DNA of 53,474 nt, the filler included, from Sphacelaria rigidula (lineage: Eukaryota): assembly GCA_964200075.2 (NCBI GenBank). It is 5 parts of 5 records of this genome, joined end to end, with 100 filler letters (N's around TTAATTAATTAA, not from the genome) between each part and the next. Parts side by side here need not be neighbours in the genome. Positions count along the whole stretch, not along the records: positions 42,861 to 53,474 come from CAXNAA020006194.1; 4 more parts are not named here. One strand, 5' to 3'. The notes under the pieces were generated by a model, which was given only the letters and a program-made list of their open reading frames with translations, was not told the DNA's origin and made no database searches. The translations under genes were made by a program, and so were the position numbers. Positions 50,120 through 53,474 of the stretch are shown here, piece by piece. Numbering within the stretch: the stretch's first letter is position 1; the number at the start of each line of letters is the position of its first letter.

Positions 50120-50977
50120 ATGCTCGCGGCTGCATACGGCGGTCCGACTGTAATGGCCGTGAACGGCAACAGCCGAGACAACACCGTGAGCAATTACAAG
50201 GCTCGATCATCGATTGCGTCAGTGCTTGTGTCGAAAGCACAACAAAATATCATGCTGAACGAGGTTTCAGAGAGAACCGCGACGTTGTCTGTGTTGACGA
50301 GCGTTGGTTCAACCTACAAGGACAAATCTTCGGATAACGAAGAGGGGTGCTTTGATCGTGGCACCAGAGCGACCGACAAGTCAGGAGCTGCCGCCGATAG
50401 TCATACCGCAGACGGTATTACACTTGAGGGGTTAGAGCAAGCGGGGGCACCACCGCCAATACCCTTAGTAGCCACCGCACCTCCTCTAGCGGGCGAGTTC
50501 AAGATTTCCAGTAGTACTGACTGTTGTGCTGGCGTCAGCAACACAACTGCTACAATGGATGAATCAGCGGTGCCATTCACCGAGACACCGCACCAGCAAA
50601 ACGGGGACAACTGTACTCCGTCCGGGGAGGCAAATATCGAGATACACGCACACATGTCCGCGTTGCAGACGAGCGTACTGGACGATGAGGCTAGCTTGGA
50701 ACAAAGACGACAGCAGCAACAACCACAAAGGCAACAGATAAGCGCTTCTGCAGATGGTGAAGCATCCTCAGCCAACGTGCCATACCTCACTGCACCCCTT
50801 CACGAAACGGGCGAGGGCGAGAGCGAGGTTGCGGCCGCGGTGTTGGAGAAGCGCGAAGAAAGAACAGGGCCGCCTCCTAGGGTTACATTGAGGCGGCAGG
50901 GGGCTTTGTCGGACTTGTGGCAGCACCAGGGAGCTTTCAGGTCCAATAGACGGCGAATGAAGAGCGTGTTTCAAGAG
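50120..50977 (+). CDS. Large exon of an unknown protein (disordered, acidic/Ala-rich N-terminus)
   Basis: Seen: an 858-nt open stretch with protein-like composition, ending ...TLRRQGALSDLWQHQGAFRSNRRRMKSVFQE|gtatgg. The start codon (50120 or 50153) is uncertain. Confidence 0.6.
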
Positions 50978-51507
50978 GTATGGATCGTAGGGGAGATGGC
51001 AGAGTCGTCTCCTCTGTATACTGCAGTAGTAGAGTGGAGGGGCAATCTCGCGACGTTCATCGATCAACCGATGAAGTGCAACGGACTATTTATACTGTAT
51101 TCTGCCCTGCTGTCTGTACGATTGAGCCAGCGGGATAACAACATGGCGTGCCGTCCTGCCGTCGGGTATCGCAGATCGCTGTGAAGGGAAAAGAGAGCCG
51201 TCTGTCTTGTACATGTTGGAGGAGGGTGTAGTTGGAGATGCATAATGCGTAGCTGCGATGAGCAGATGATCGGGTTCAACTGTGTGTTCCTGTTTTGGTT
51301 TGTATATCGAAAGAGACAACAGCCATACCGCCAAGACGAAAAGACACGAGAGCATTGGTTTTGTCTTCATGCTCTCATCAAATATCGTCCCCGTGCGCAC
51401 TGTAAAGGCTGAAGTGATAGCACGGACAATGCGCTACCGTTACAGATCCTGTTGCCTATAGACGCAGGCCATGTCGTTACTCACATGCTCACTGCTATGC
51501 CTTTTAA

Positions 51508-51604
51508 CCCTTAGACCGCGAGGTTAGTCTTCTGTTGAATCGGCATCAATTTCAATTGAAAAAAGTATGCATGATCCAGAAAGACTCATCTCGCGGTCTA
51601 AGGG
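51508..51604. mobile_element. piggyBac-type MITE, copy 2 (97 bp)
   Basis: Seen: TTAA-CCCTTAGACCGCGAG...CTCGCGGTCTAAGGG-TTAA, a perfect 15-bp TIR with TTAA on both sides. Confidence 0.9.
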
Positions 51605-53474
51605 TTAAGTGGCCCTTGTGTCTGTGATATTTTTTTCTTTCCCAACGGGCTAGCAAGTACATTGTTGCATCGTGGTTGGGCGATGGGATGCGCCGCCTTC
51701 GCGGGAGGACTACCTAGCCACGGCAAGTCGTGGTTGACCATCCTTCGTTGTCTTTGAACCACAAGGCTAATTATTCCTACCCCAAGTCCCAAATCAGACT
51801 GCTGAGAATTGTTGGAGATGGGGGTGGAGAAGTGGGGGGGGGGGGCGAAAGGTACCCTAGGTAAAGGTGAGCCCTGGGAGAGCTCACGTCGACTTGAGCG
51901 AAACCGCGCTATGTGCACGGTGGGTCGGCCCTTGAGACTGCGAGCTATCCGAGATCCTGAGATATCGGTCTATGCTTGAAAACGGATTTTCCGCAGCAAC
52001 TGGACTGCATGTGATCAGTCTTCAAACAGCCGTGAACCATCCTGGGATTCCTGTCCCGGGGTTCTTGTAACTGGTGCAGATGCAAACCGTACAATAATAC
52101 CCCAGGCAGTACAACGCATGGAGTACGGATAGGTCCGTGATACGTTCATGCTCGTATAATCCATGTTCACAACTGCAGTATGATGTATTATAATCTGAAA
52201 TCGATACGATGCAGAAACTTATGAATCAAATGAAGAAGAGCCTGCGAAGAGGCCTGACGCAGTCTAAACTACAGTACACAAAAGTAGTACGAGGCATGAG
52301 GAGTGGCTCTCGACAAATGCGTCGTTCAGGATGCTTTATTTTTTTCTTCTAGCTTGGTAGCACGTTACGAAATTTCGTGTAGGATTATTTTTTCAGGTTC
52401 GCGAGACACTTGAGTACCAAGATAGCAGGGCAGCGAATCTTCCATGCCCCACATGGAAAGAGTGTACATGTATTTGCACAAAAGATGAAACACTAAAAGA
52501 ATGATCCTGATATCTCGAATACAGTACCTGTACAGGTGCTCGAATGATGAACGTGCATATAGTAGGTGCAAGCTACAGCAACAAAAGTGCAGAGAGTAGA
52601 GCCTGAATGGACGGTACAGCGCAGTTGTCGAAGGGAAAAACCCAAATAATGTACGAGACAGCAGCTAAAGTGATTTCTGCTGCTTCAGGCGTGATCCCAA
52701 CATGTTAATCCTTCCACGCTCGCTCACGCCGTACTCCAGTCGTCTAATTGTTGTTATTTACGATGGTTGTATCTGCTCGATCACCAGGGTGGATCATGTG
52801 GGGAATGCACACATTCTTCATGTCAAAATGCCGACACAACAGATGGCGGCCGAGGGGTAAAAATAACAGGCATTAGATTCTCAGCGGATCCGACACCTCC
52901 GTGGGTTTTCCCTTAAGAATACCTGTTTTCGTTAGAAACGCGAGGACGTGAGTTGCGAAGAAAATTTTGCAAGAAAGTCGGCGCGGTGCGGGAGTGCTTA
53001 TCCAAATCTCGATACCAAACCAAAATGTCGGGCATGTACCTATCGGGAAGCGATGGCTTCATGCCTTGAAACTACGAGATCGTCCGGAGGCGGCTCTGCC
53101 CAGTTCGGCTCTGAAATGCGAGGGATGAACGCACTGTGGACACTTTCTACGATAGCCCCCCCACGCCCCCCAAAAAGTGGCTGGTTTAGGGAGGCAAAGT
53201 CTACACGTGAACCGAAACGGAGAAAGCCGCGCACAACGAGAAGTTGGGAATTCCCATGCGTGGGTTCGTTTTCGCCAAAGTCGCTGATATGAAGCGCTTC
53301 ATACAGCCTAAAACCAAGCATCTGGCGCCGTATGACAATTTTCTTTTTGACAGTTTCGGGCTGGTTTGGCGGCGGCGGGGGGGCGGGGGGGGGGGCTATC
53401 GTAGAGAGTGCATTCGTTTGTATTATCCCCGACTGCGTAACGCTAACCCCAAAGCAAAATTCATGGCAGGCGGA

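Noticed and set aside
53040-53321. Minus-strand 93-aa ORF as a terminal exon
   Set aside because: The acceptor is plausible, but there is no motif or partner exon within the contig.

Overview
This is eukaryotic, intron-rich DNA, most likely from a brown alga (Phaeophyceae); that assignment is inferred from the 5S rRNA sequence, gene architecture and repeat types. It is not one locus. Five contigs of near-identical size (1-10616, 10717-21331, 21432-32046, 32147-42760, 42861-53474) are joined by artificial 100-nt N44-TTAATTAATTAA-N44 linkers. Well-supported content: (1) five phase-consistent exons of a minus-strand UBA-like/RGG/low-complexity gene resembling UBAP2/Lingerer; (2) five exons of a purple acid phosphatase (PAP) with a large insertion; (3) the first coding exon of an SNF1/SnRK1/AMPK-type kinase, head-to-head with a low-complexity gene; (4) decayed RTE-like LINE and Ty3/Gypsy pol fragments; (5) a full-length 5S rRNA copy with a SINE-like tail, and tRNA-derived SINE heads; (6) several non-autonomous DNA transposons: piggyBac-type TTAA MITEs, a 1.38-kb element with an 8-bp target-site duplication (TSD), and a 42-bp tandem array bounded by terminal inverted repeats (TIRs). 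I found no CRISPR array or other prokaryote-type system. The most novel-looking items are mobile or Pol III-derived elements.
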